The translations under genes were made by a program, and so were the position numbers. A stretch of DNA of 25,190 nt from Deltaproteobacteria bacterium. GTDB taxonomy: Bacteria; SAR324; NAC60-12. A model generated the notes under the pieces. It saw only the letters and a program-made list of their open reading frames with translations. It searched no databases and had not been told where the DNA came from. Positions 11,084 through 19,352 of the stretch are shown one piece after another. Within the stretch, counting starts at the first letter, position 1; every line of letters begins with the position of its first letter. Location: NCBI GenBank assembly GCA_038150265.1, contig JAYOTF010000043.1:1-25190 (forward strand), given 5' to 3'.

Positions 11084-12948
11084 GCGAGTTTCACTTTTTG
11101 CGACCGGCGTGGCTGCTGGCGATTCCCGTGGCGTGGCTGCTGGCGTGGCTGCTCAGTCAACTCCGCCAGGCTTCTGGAGACTGGGGGAAGGTGATGGACA
11201 ATCACCTGCTGACCTTTCTCAGTGGCACAACCGCGGTCCGCTCCACCCAAACCCAGCGCTGGGTCGCGTTTGGGCTGATGTGGACCCTGGCGCTGCTGGC
11301 ACTGGCCGGACCCGCGTGGGAGCGTCTGGAGACGCCCGTGCTGCGGGCGGCTCAGGCTCGGGTCGTGGTGCTGGACCTGTCGTGGTCGATGCTCTCTCCG
11401 GATGTGAAGCCCAACCGTTTGGAGCGGACCCGGTTCAAGCTGCTGGACCTCCTCCAGCGCTTCAAGGAAGGGGACACGGCGCTGGTGGCCTACGCGGGCA
11501 CGGCGGATGTGGTGGCGCCGCTGACTCCGGACACCAATACCATCGCCAACCTGGTTCCGGTGCTGGAACCAGGGCTGATGCCTGTCCCGGGAAGCCGTCC
11601 GGAGGCCGGGTTTGCCCTGGCGGCTCAGCTACTGGAGCGCCAGCAGGTGACGCAGGGGACCTTCTACTGGCTCACGGACGGCATCGACGCCGAGCAGGTC
11701 GCATCGGTTCAGCAGGCGCTGGGACCGCATCGCCTGGTGGTCCTGGCGGTAGGAACCGAATCGGGCGCTCCCATTCCGACCGGGCAGGGGGAGTTCATCC
11801 GAGATGCGCAGGGGAAGATTGTGGTGCCGCAGCTCAAGCTTGATCCGCTTCGGCAGGTGGCGCATCCCTCCGGAGGCGGAGTCGTGGTGGCACGAGTCGA
11901 TGACCAGGACCTCGACCAGCTGATGCAGTGGGAGGCGCAGGCCTCCGGATTTTCTAGCGGACAAGACGAGCCGGTTGCCGAACGCTGGCGCGATGAGGGC
12001 ATCTGGCTGGTCCTGGCTGCGCTTCCGGTTGCCGCGTGGCTCTTCCGGCGCGGGATGGTTTGGTGCTGGCTTGCCGGAATGCTGCTGCTGCCACCTCCGG
12101 CCCACGCCTTCAAGTGGCAGGACCTGTGGCAACGTCCGGATCAGCAGGGACAGGCCTTGCTGGATCAGGGGCTCTCTGACCAAGCGGCGGAAGTCTTTCA
12201 GAATCCGGAATGGCAAGGAGTCGCGAATTACCGGGCCGGGAACTTTGAGCAGGCCGCCCAGCAACTCGAAGGCGTGGAGACCCCCCGAGCACACTACAAC
12301 CGCGGAAACGCTCTTGCCAAGTCCGGGAAGCTGGAGGCCGCCCGGGAGGCGTACGACCAGGCCCTGGCGCTGAATCCGGAGGACGAAGATGCCCGCTTCA
12401 ACCGGGACCTCGTTCAGAAGCTCCTGGATCAGCAAAACCAGCAGCAGCAAAACCAGTCCGGATCGTCGTCTCAGCCCAACCAGCAACAGAGCTCCGAGTC
12501 GCAACAGGGCCAGCAAGGCCAACCGCAGAACTCCGGACCGCAATCACCGCAACAGGGCCAGCCGCAGCAACAAGGCCAACCGCAAAACGACTCAGCTTCT
12601 TCCCAAGGCGGTGCCCAGAGTCCGGATGCTTCCGGCCCGCCGTCACCGGGTCAACCGTCACCGGAGACTTCCGGCTCTCGCTCAGAAAAGACCGACTCCC
12701 CAAAGGATCAAACGCCAGAAGCGTCATCGGTGACACCCTCGGAGAAGCCGGAGGCCGGGCAAGACGCTCCGGATCAGCAGGTGGCTGTGCCCCGTCCGGG
12801 AGACGAGCTGACCCCTCAGCAGCAGCAGCTGGAGCAGGCGCTCCGGCAGGTTCCGAATGACCCCGGACGGCTGCTGCGCAACAAGTTTCGCCTCCGGCAG
12901 CAGGAGCGGGGGCGTCCTGACCTTAACCCTGATCAACCTTTTTGGTGA
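11080..12948 (+). CDS. BatB/BatC-like VWA + TPR protein with a Q/S/P-rich linker
   Basis: ATG 11080 (GGAGGAG RBS, ATGA overlap) begins 'MSEFHFLRPAWL'. MIDAS 'DLSWSM', 'LTDG', TPR 'AHYNRGNALAKSGKLEAAREAYDQAL', C-terminal 'LRQVPNDPGRLLRNKF'. Confidence 0.9.
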   Translation: MSEFHFLRPAWLLAIPVAWLLAWLLSQLRQASGDWGKVMDNHLLTFLSGTTAVRSTQTQRWVAFGLMWTLALLALAGPAWERLETPVLRAAQARVVVLDLSWSMLSPDVKPNRLERTRFKLLDLLQRFKEGDTALVAYAGTADVVAPLTPDTNTIANLVPVLEPGLMPVPGSRPEAGFALAAQLLERQQVTQGTFYWLTDGIDAEQVASVQQALGPHRLVVLAVGTESGAPIPTGQGEFIRDAQGKIVVPQLKLDPLRQVAHPSGGGVVVARVDDQDLDQLMQWEAQASGFSSGQDEPVAERWRDEGIWLVLAALPVAAWLFRRGMVWCWLAGMLLLPPPAHAFKWQDLWQRPDQQGQALLDQGLSDQAAEVFQNPEWQGVANYRAGNFEQAAQQLEGVETPRAHYNRGNALAKSGKLEAAREAYDQALALNPEDEDARFNRDLVQKLLDQQNQQQQNQSGSSSQPNQQQSSESQQGQQGQPQNSGPQSPQQGQPQQQGQPQNDSASSQGGAQSPDASGPPSPGQPSPETSGSRSEKTDSPKDQTPEASSVTPSEKPEAGQDAPDQQVAVPRPGDELTPQQQQLEQALRQVPNDPGRLLRNKFRLRQQERGRPDLNPDQPFW

Positions 12949-14609
12949 TGCGTCGTTTATTGCTTCTTTTGGCCCTGCTGGTTCCGTTAGTGGGGCAGGC
13001 CAAGGTGACCGCGTGGGTGAGCCACAATCCGGTTTCGTTGGGAGAAACGTTTCAGCTCTTTGTGGAGGCCGAGGGGCTTCCGGATGATGCCGAGCCGGAT
13101 GTTTCGCAGCTGGGGCCGTTTGAGGTGCTCTCTCAAAGCGTCCAGAGCAACACCACGATTGTCAACACCAGCGTCCAGCAGAGCCGCCGCTGGACGTTTA
13201 CGCTGCTGCCGAAGCAGGCCGGGAAGATGGCCCTGCCGCCGATTCAGGTGGGACCAGAGGCGTCGTCAGCGATTTCGCTGGAGGTCCGGAGGCAGCCTGC
13301 GGCGACCAGGGACGCGGACCCGGTGGTGTGGCTGGAGGGGGAGCTTTCCAAGGAAGAGGTCTATCCGGGAGAGGAGGTGGACTACGTCGTCCGCATCTTC
13401 CGGACGGTGGATGCGAGCAACGAAAGCCTGTCGTCGTTTGATCCGCCCAATGCCGACCTGGAGCGGTACGATCAGCAGACCCGGGTGCAGGTGGTGAACG
13501 GGCGGCGGGTGAAGGTGACGGAGCTGCGGTATGCGATCTTTCCGCAGAAGCCCGGCACGCTGGAGATTCCGGAGCTGCGCTACCAGGGAGACATTCCAGA
13601 CGGACGGCAGCGGGATCCGTTTGATCCGTTTCAGCTCATGCGCCGAGGGGGCAAGCGGATCTTCCGGCAACTGGAGGCCCAGCAGGTGACGGTTTGGGAG
13701 CGGCCTCCGGAGGTGAAGGGGTGGTGGCTTCCGGCGCGAGATCTGAAGATCACCTCCAGCTGGGCTCCGGATCCACCGACCTTTCGAGTGGGAGAGCCGG
13801 CGACCTGGACCCTGCAGCTTCAGGCGCTGGGTGTGCGGCCTGGGCAGCTTCCGGAGCTGAAGCCGGTGCTGCCGGACGGACTCAAGAGCTACCCGGAGCA
13901 GCCGCAGCTTGATACCTTCCGGGAGCCCGAGGGTGTGAAGGCCTACCGAACGCAGGCGATGGCGCTCATTCCCTCGAAGCCGGGGACCTTGACCATTCCG
14001 GAGCAGCGAGTGGCGTGGTGGGACGTGCAGACGCATCAGCTTCGGGAAACCGTGGTGCCCGCCCAGACCGTGACCGTCTTGCCTGCCGCTGAAGGCGAGG
14101 CGCCTCCTCCACCTGTGGCAGCACCGGCTCCTCTGGAACCGCAAGCCGCGTTGCAGCCCGGACCGCCAGCGCTGGGGACGTCTCAGGACCTGACGCTGTG
14201 GCAGTGGGCAACTGGTGGGCTGGCTCTGGGCTGGGCGCTGACCCTGTTGGCGTGGTGGGGCACCCGCCGAGGACCCCGGACGGCTGAGCATGAGGCCGAG
14301 ACCCAGGAGGTCCTGTCGCAGCAAGCGGCGTGGCGACGTCTTCGAGACGCCGGTGAGCACCCGCAACCCTTCCGGGCGGCGTTGCGAGAATGGATTGCTG
14401 TGCGCTGGCCGGAGGAGCCGGCGACCCTCGAAACTCTGGAGCGGCACTGCCCGGAAGCTCGGGAGGCCTTGCAGGCACTGGAGGCAGCGTGCTATGCGCT
14501 CCAGTCCGGAGGCTGGAACCGCACGTCGCTGATGGTTCAGCTCAAACGACTGGAGACCGCCCGGACCCAATCGCCGGAAGAGCCGGCGCTTCCGGGGCTC
14601 TATTCTTGA
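12948..14609 (+). CDS. BatD-family protein
   Basis: Signal peptide, beta-rich repeats ('W.FTLLPKQAG', 'YAIFPQKPGTLEIP', 'LIPSKPGTLTIP..WWD') and a late TM helix; TGATG coupling; last gene of the bat operon. Confidence 0.88.
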   Translation: MRRLLLLLALLVPLVGQAKVTAWVSHNPVSLGETFQLFVEAEGLPDDAEPDVSQLGPFEVLSQSVQSNTTIVNTSVQQSRRWTFTLLPKQAGKMALPPIQVGPEASSAISLEVRRQPAATRDADPVVWLEGELSKEEVYPGEEVDYVVRIFRTVDASNESLSSFDPPNADLERYDQQTRVQVVNGRRVKVTELRYAIFPQKPGTLEIPELRYQGDIPDGRQRDPFDPFQLMRRGGKRIFRQLEAQQVTVWERPPEVKGWWLPARDLKITSSWAPDPPTFRVGEPATWTLQLQALGVRPGQLPELKPVLPDGLKSYPEQPQLDTFREPEGVKAYRTQAMALIPSKPGTLTIPEQRVAWWDVQTHQLRETVVPAQTVTVLPAAEGEAPPPPVAAPAPLEPQAALQPGPPALGTSQDLTLWQWATGGLALGWALTLLAWWGTRRGPRTAEHEAETQEVLSQQAAWRRLRDAGEHPQPFRAALREWIAVRWPEEPATLETLERHCPEAREALQALEAACYALQSGGWNRTSLMVQLKRLETARTQSPEEPALPGLYS

Positions 14610-14639
14610 TGTGGGCGCCCGTTGTTTTTTCCGGAGCGG

Positions 14640-14680
14640 CGAAATCGTGCACTTGATTTCGTCTCAGGACCTCCTAGGAT
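14640..14680 (+). promoter_or_regulatory. Putative promoter of the TAXI gene with an inverted repeat over the -35
   Basis: TTGATT (14653-14658)-N16-TAGGAT (14675-14680); CGAAATC-N8-GATTTCG at 14640-14661. Confidence 0.35.
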
Positions 14681-14737
14681 TGAGGGTTTGATTTTCCGGC
14701 GCCTGCGGGACGCCTTTGTTCATTTGAGTGCGAAAGG

Positions 14738-15706
14738 ATGACTTTGAAGAAGCGATGGGGCATCGGGATGGTGATGCTGTTGGGGAGCGTGTTGCCACTG
14801 ACGGTGCAGGCGGAGTTGCGGTCCATGGTCATTGGAACTGGAGGGGTGACCGGGGTGTACTTTCCAGCGGGAGGCGCGATCTGCCGGTTGATCAACGAGG
14901 CTCAGACGTCACTCAATCTGCGTTGCCTGGTTGAGAGCACCAGCGGCTCGGTGGAGAACCTGGAGGCCCTGCGTTCCGGAGACCGGGAATTTGGGGTGGT
15001 GCAGTCCGACTGGCTCTATCACGCGTATCGCGGAACCAGCAAGTTTGCCGACGTCGGCGCACATCCGGAGCTGCGGGCAGTGCTGCAGCTGCATGCCGAG
15101 CCCCTGACGCTGGTGGCGCGCGCTGATGCCGACATTGAGGAGGTTGAGGATTTGGCTGGAAACCGCGTGAGCCTCGGGGAGTTGGGCTCGGGACAGCGCG
15201 GCCTGATGGAGACGCTGATGCGAGGCCTGGGCTGGTCGCAGTCCACGTTTGCTCAGGTGAGCGAGCTTCCGCCTCGGGAGCAGGTCCAGGCGCTCTGTGA
15301 GGGGCAGGTGGATGCTGCTGCGTTTGCCACAGGGCATCCGAATGGTTTGCTGAAGGAGGTGACGACGCGCTGCGATAGCGTGTTGGTGCAGGTGACGGGT
15401 CCAGTGGTGGACCGCTTTGTGGAGGACTTCCCGTTTTACCGGAAGACGACCCTTCCGGAAGGAATGTACCGCGGCACCTCGCGTCCGATTGAGACGTTTG
15501 GGGTGGGGGCCCTGCTGGTGACCACGACGCAGGTTCCGGAGGACGTGGTGTATGGGGTCACTCAGACGGTGCTGAAGCAACTGGCGGACCTCCAGCAAAT
15601 GCACCCCGCCTTTTCCCAACTCCGTCCTGAAGAGATGGCGGACGCTGGACGCGTGGTGCCGATCCATGCGGGGGCCGAACGGTCCCTCAAGGAGGCGGGT
15701 TTATGA
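14738..15706 (+). CDS. TAXI-family TRAP transporter solute-binding protein
   Basis: Signal peptide, 'IGTGGVTGVYFPAGGAICRL', 'STSGSVEN', 'VQSD', 'GSGQR', C-terminal 'PIHAGA'. Confidence 0.92.
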   Translation: MTLKKRWGIGMVMLLGSVLPLTVQAELRSMVIGTGGVTGVYFPAGGAICRLINEAQTSLNLRCLVESTSGSVENLEALRSGDREFGVVQSDWLYHAYRGTSKFADVGAHPELRAVLQLHAEPLTLVARADADIEEVEDLAGNRVSLGELGSGQRGLMETLMRGLGWSQSTFAQVSELPPREQVQALCEGQVDAAAFATGHPNGLLKEVTTRCDSVLVQVTGPVVDRFVEDFPFYRKTTLPEGMYRGTSRPIETFGVGALLVTTTQVPEDVVYGVTQTVLKQLADLQQMHPAFSQLRPEEMADAGRVVPIHAGAERSLKEAGL

Positions 15707-15739
15707 CGCGCCTGACTCACCCCTACTGAAGGAGACCCC

Positions 15740-16672
15740 ATGCGTTCCGGAACCTCAGTCCCGCACACGGAAACCTGGTCGGCTCCTCAGGTAGGAGCCG
15801 GCTACGCGGTACTGGCGTACGGAGCATGGGGACTGCTTCCCATCTACTGGAAGCTCTTCCCCAACATCCCTGCAGCAGAAGTGGTGGCGCACCGCATGCT
15901 GTGGTCCCTCTTTTTTGTGGTGGGACTGATTGCCTTTCAGCGTCGCCTTCCGGAGCTGAAGACCTACCTGCTGCAGTTTCGGCAACTTGCGGTGCTGCTG
16001 CTGACCGCGTTTTTGCTTTCGGCAAACTGGGGCGTCTACGTCTATGGCGTCAACAGCGGCAACGTGGTGCAGACGAGCCTGGGGTACTTCATCAATCCGC
16101 TCATCAATGTGCTGCTCGGGTTCCTGTTTTTGCGGGAACGCTTCAACCGGTGGCAGTCGCTGGCCGTGGGGCTGGCGGCGGTGGGGGTGGCAAACTTTGT
16201 CTGGAGCGTGGGGGAGTGGCCGTGGATTGCGCTCAGCCTCGGGGTGACGTTTGCGCTGTATGGCCTGCTCCGGAAGCTCGCTCCGGCGCCGCCGCTCATC
16301 GGGTTGGCCATTGAGACGCTGCTGCTCGCTCCGGTGGCCGCCGCGCTGATCGTCTGGTGGGACGTCGAAGGGACCGGCGCTTTCGGGACGAACGGAGGCC
16401 AGGACCTGCTGCTGCTTTCTGCAGGCGTGATGACGTCGCTGCCGCTGCTGTGGTTTGCAAACGCGGGAAAACGCCTGCGCCTCTCGACCCTTGGGCTCTT
16501 TCAGTACATTGCGCCGACCCTTCAGTTTTCCCTCGGCGTCTTCCTTTACGGCGAGCCCTTTACCTCGGCGCATGCCGTGACGTTTGCCTGCATCTGGGTG
16601 GCGTTGGTGATCTACACCAGCAACACCGTCTGGAGCAACCGCAAGGCTCGGCAGCTGACCCAGCCGAGCTGA
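15740..16672 (+). CDS. rarD: RarD (EamA/DMT family) transporter
   Basis: 'WGLLPIYWK', 'HRMLWS', 'NWGVYVY', 'SLGYFINPL', 'YGLLRK', 'GLFQYIAPTLQF'; about 10 TM helices; AAGGAG RBS. Confidence 0.92.
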   Translation: MRSGTSVPHTETWSAPQVGAGYAVLAYGAWGLLPIYWKLFPNIPAAEVVAHRMLWSLFFVVGLIAFQRRLPELKTYLLQFRQLAVLLLTAFLLSANWGVYVYGVNSGNVVQTSLGYFINPLINVLLGFLFLRERFNRWQSLAVGLAAVGVANFVWSVGEWPWIALSLGVTFALYGLLRKLAPAPPLIGLAIETLLLAPVAAALIVWWDVEGTGAFGTNGGQDLLLLSAGVMTSLPLLWFANAGKRLRLSTLGLFQYIAPTLQFSLGVFLYGEPFTSAHAVTFACIWVALVIYTSNTVWSNRKARQLTQPS

Positions 16673-16705
16673 TGTTTCGCGCGGAGGGGCTGTTCCGCGC
16701 GGAGG
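16673..16705 (+). repeat. 15-bp direct repeat that can also form a hairpin, after the rarD stop
   Basis: TGTTTCGCGCGGAGG (16673-16687) and TGTTCCGCGCGGAGG (16691-16705); stem CGCGCGGA/TCCGCGCG. Confidence 0.6.
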
Positions 16706-17008
16706 TTGTTTGGCTCCCTGCCCCCTGCGGCCTTTCCTCTCCTTCTGCCCCGGGCTCCCCTTCTGCTTTTTCTCCTTTCCGGGAACCCGAGCGCGGGGCG
16801 TCTGCTCACAAAATAGAGGTGTTTCCGTTCGGTTTTCGGGGTTGGTGAAAAAGGACGTAATTGTGTTTTTACTTGTGTTTTTAGTTTTAGGTTAGGATGA
16901 TTCTTTGATTTGCAGGTTTGCTGCTTTAACAGCGGATTTTCGCCATTCTTTTGAAAACCGCTTTTTTTATGATGGGGCCAAGCGAGGCTCCAGACGCTGG
17001 AGAGGGTC

Positions 17009-17686
17009 GTGAGTCGAGAAGAAAACGCGGAACGCATCAAGGAGGAGCTTCGGGCAACCCTGGCCAAGAACATTGTGTCGGCTCGCAAGGCCAAGGCCAA
17101 GGTGCTGGGACGGCACTACACGCAGGAACAGCTGGCTGACGACTCCGGGATCTCGACCACCGCGATTGCCCAGATTGAGCGAGGAGAGGTGGACCCGCGG
17201 CTTTCGACCATTGCGGGAATTGCGCATGCGTTGGGAGTGAATCCGGTGTTCCTGCTGTTTGGAAAGCAGGAGATTGAGCTGCTGCACCAGATGATTCTGG
17301 AGCTGGACGAGACCTCCCTCAGCGAGCTGTCGGTCCGGCTGTTCAGTGACAGCGTCAAGGAGATTGAGAAGCTGGCAAACTCGAGCCTGCCGAAGCACCA
17401 GGTGAAGGCCTCGCAGATGAGCGCCGGAGCCGTGGCCCTGAAGATCAACCAGCGCATTGCTCAAAATGCCCTGGAAGCTGTGGAAGCCAGCCAGCACCTG
17501 ACGGAGTCGGCGATGAGCGCCATGGACGAATCGGTCAAGATTGGCGTGGGCACCAGCGTGGGCATTGGGGCCGCGGTGGCGGGCATCATGGGCGCCACGA
17601 TTGGCGCCTTCATGGGCATGGCCAACAACGAAATGTCCGACATGCTTTCCGGCAAAAACCCGTCTGATTCCTCTTCCTCCAAGTAA
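17009..17686 (+). CDS. XRE/Cro-C1 HTH regulator with a C-terminal glycine-rich hydrophobic segment
   Basis: HTH 'YTQEQLADDSGISTTAIAQIERGEVDPRLSTIAGIAHALGV'; tail 'IGVGTSVGIGAAVAGIMGATIGAFMGMA'; GTG start with GGAGAGG upstream. Confidence 0.85.
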   Translation: MSREENAERIKEELRATLAKNIVSARKAKAKVLGRHYTQEQLADDSGISTTAIAQIERGEVDPRLSTIAGIAHALGVNPVFLLFGKQEIELLHQMILELDETSLSELSVRLFSDSVKEIEKLANSSLPKHQVKASQMSAGAVALKINQRIAQNALEAVEASQHLTESAMSAMDESVKIGVGTSVGIGAAVAGIMGATIGAFMGMANNEMSDMLSGKNPSDSSSSK

Positions 17687-17699
17687 GTCTCCCCAGCCA

Positions 17700-17745
17700 G
17701 CCTCCGGAGGCGCCAGGCGCCTCTTTCGCTCCGGACCTCCGGAGC
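17700..17745 (+). terminator. Cluster of palindromes after the XRE gene (possible terminator)
   Basis: GCCTCCGGAGGC (17700-17711); GAGGCGC-cag-GCGCCTC followed by TTT (17707-17726); GCTCCGGA-cc-TCCGGAGC (17728-17745). Confidence 0.45.
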
Positions 17746-17830
17746 CCCCTGCCTCTCTTCATTTCGTTCTGTTCCACTTGCTGCGTTCACTCCCCGGGCT
17801 TCTCGATGGGGGCCACATGGGGGAATTCGC

Positions 17831-17858
17831 TTGAATGTGAATAGGCGTCTGAGACAAT
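17831..17858 (+). promoter_or_regulatory. Putative trxB promoter
   Basis: TTGAAT-N16-GACAAT with a TG extended -10. Confidence 0.4.
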
Positions 17859-17897
17859 GTTTCTTTTGTCCGCCAAAGTCACAAAACCCAAAGAAGT

Positions 17898-18848
17898 ATG
17901 ACCGAATCATCGAATGCTCATCACCGACTCATCATCCTCGGGTCGGGACCTTCAGGACTGACTGCTGCCATTTATGCGGCCCGTGCCAACCTGAGTCCAG
18001 TGCTGGTCTCCGGGAACGAGCCGGGTGGCCAGTTGATGATCACCACTGAGGTGGAGAACTACCCAGGGTTTCCTGATGGGGTGCAGGGGCCGGAGATGAT
18101 GGACTTCTTCCGCAAGCAGGCGGAGCGTTTCGAGACCCAGTTTTTCAGCGGAGATGTGGTCCGGGCGGACCTCTCCCAACGCCCGTTTCAGCTGGAGCTG
18201 GCAGAGGGGAACACGCTCACCTGCGAGGCGCTGATCATTTCCACGGGAGCCTCGGCGCGCTGGCTGGGACTGGAGTCGGAGAAGGAGTACAACGGCCGCG
18301 GCGTTTCCGCGTGTGCGACCTGTGACGGGTTCTTCTTCCGGAATCAGGATGTGGCGGTAGTGGGAGGAGGAGACACGGCTTTGGAAGAAGCCCTCTACCT
18401 GGCCAACCTCTGCAAAAGCGTCACGCTGATTCACCGACGGGACGAGCTCCGGGCCAGCAAGATCATGCAGGAACGTGCTGAGCGTCACGAGCGCATCACC
18501 CTTCAGTGGAACACGGTGGTGGACGAGGTGCTTGGAGACGGGAATGGCATGACCGGCCTGCGTCTGCGCGACACCCAGACGGGTGCCCTCAGTGAACGCG
18601 CATTTTCCGGGATGTTTGTGGCCATTGGTCACACCCCCAATACGAAGCTCTTTCAGGGCCAGCTCGAAATGGATGCCAACGGCTACCTTACGGTTCGACC
18701 CGGCTCAACCTACACGTCTGTCCCCGGAGTGTTTGCTGCCGGAGACGTGGCCGACCCCATCTACCGCCAAGCCGTAACCGCGGCTGGCACGGGGTGCATG
18801 GCTGCCATTGACGCGGAACGCTGGCTTGCGGAGCATGAATCAATCTGA
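17898..18848 (+). CDS. trxB: Thioredoxin-disulfide reductase
   Basis: 'GSGPSG', 'GGQL', 'ENYPGF', active site 'CATCD', 'GGGDTALEE', 'HRRD', 'AAGDV'. Confidence 0.97.
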   Translation: MTESSNAHHRLIILGSGPSGLTAAIYAARANLSPVLVSGNEPGGQLMITTEVENYPGFPDGVQGPEMMDFFRKQAERFETQFFSGDVVRADLSQRPFQLELAEGNTLTCEALIISTGASARWLGLESEKEYNGRGVSACATCDGFFFRNQDVAVVGGGDTALEEALYLANLCKSVTLIHRRDELRASKIMQERAERHERITLQWNTVVDEVLGDGNGMTGLRLRDTQTGALSERAFSGMFVAIGHTPNTKLFQGQLEMDANGYLTVRPGSTYTSVPGVFAAGDVADPIYRQAVTAAGTGCMAAIDAERWLAEHESI

Positions 18849-18872
18849 AGACCGCAATACAACCGTTTCATC

Positions 18873-19334
18873 ATGTTAGAACGTTTCAACACCCTCATTC
18901 TTCTTCTGCAATCGCTCACGATTTTGGGGCTGAGTTACCTGCTCTGGAGCACGGAAGCGGCCTCCGCGTCGCTGCTGCTGCTTGGGCTCGCTGGGCTGAT
19001 TGCGCTTGCCGGGATTGCTGCTGCAGCAAAATCCAGCGTCTCTGCCTCCGAAGGGGCGGTCCAGGGCTCTGGACAGCGTCGGCAGGGACTGGTCAAGTGG
19101 TTCAACCCGAGCAAGGGGTTTGGCTTCATTGAGCAGGACTCTGGAGACGACCTCTTTGTGCATCAGTCGGAAATTCAGCAGGCCGGCTTCCGGTACCTCA
19201 ACAAGGGGGACCGGGTGGAGTTTGAAATTGGCACCGGAAAAAAAGGTCCGGTGGCCCTCCACGTCATCCGTCTGGAAGCCGCCCCAGATCCGTACATTGA
19301 AGAACGCCCAGAGTCGATCTCTCGGGCCTCTTAA
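18873..19334 (+). CDS. Cold-shock domain protein with two N-terminal TM helices
   Basis: 'GLVKWFN', RNP1 'KGFGFI', RNP2 'LFVH'; two hydrophobic stretches in the first 52 residues. Confidence 0.9.
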   Translation: MLERFNTLILLLQSLTILGLSYLLWSTEAASASLLLLGLAGLIALAGIAAAAKSSVSASEGAVQGSGQRRQGLVKWFNPSKGFGFIEQDSGDDLFVHQSEIQQAGFRYLNKGDRVEFEIGTGKKGPVALHVIRLEAAPDPYIEERPESISRAS

Positions 19335-19352
19335 CCCTTTTGGACTGCATTC

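Noticed and set aside
12430..12600. Q-rich quasi-repeats in the VWA-TPR gene
   Set aside because: An ordinary low-complexity linker of BatB/C-type proteins; codons are mixed CAG/CAA and in frame.
7596..14609. moxR/bat operon as a novel system
   Set aside because: A well-known, widespread gene cluster in its usual order.
3092..16962. Shared 10-mer GAAAACCGCT in two intergenic regions (3092-3101 and 16953-16962)
   Set aside because: A single 10-mer match is expected by chance, and the partner half-sites and spacing differ.
16357..17100. ORFs 16357..16848 (+) and 16612..17100 (-) across the rarD-XRE gap
   Set aside because: They overlap real genes, have low-complexity translations and show no RBS or motif support.
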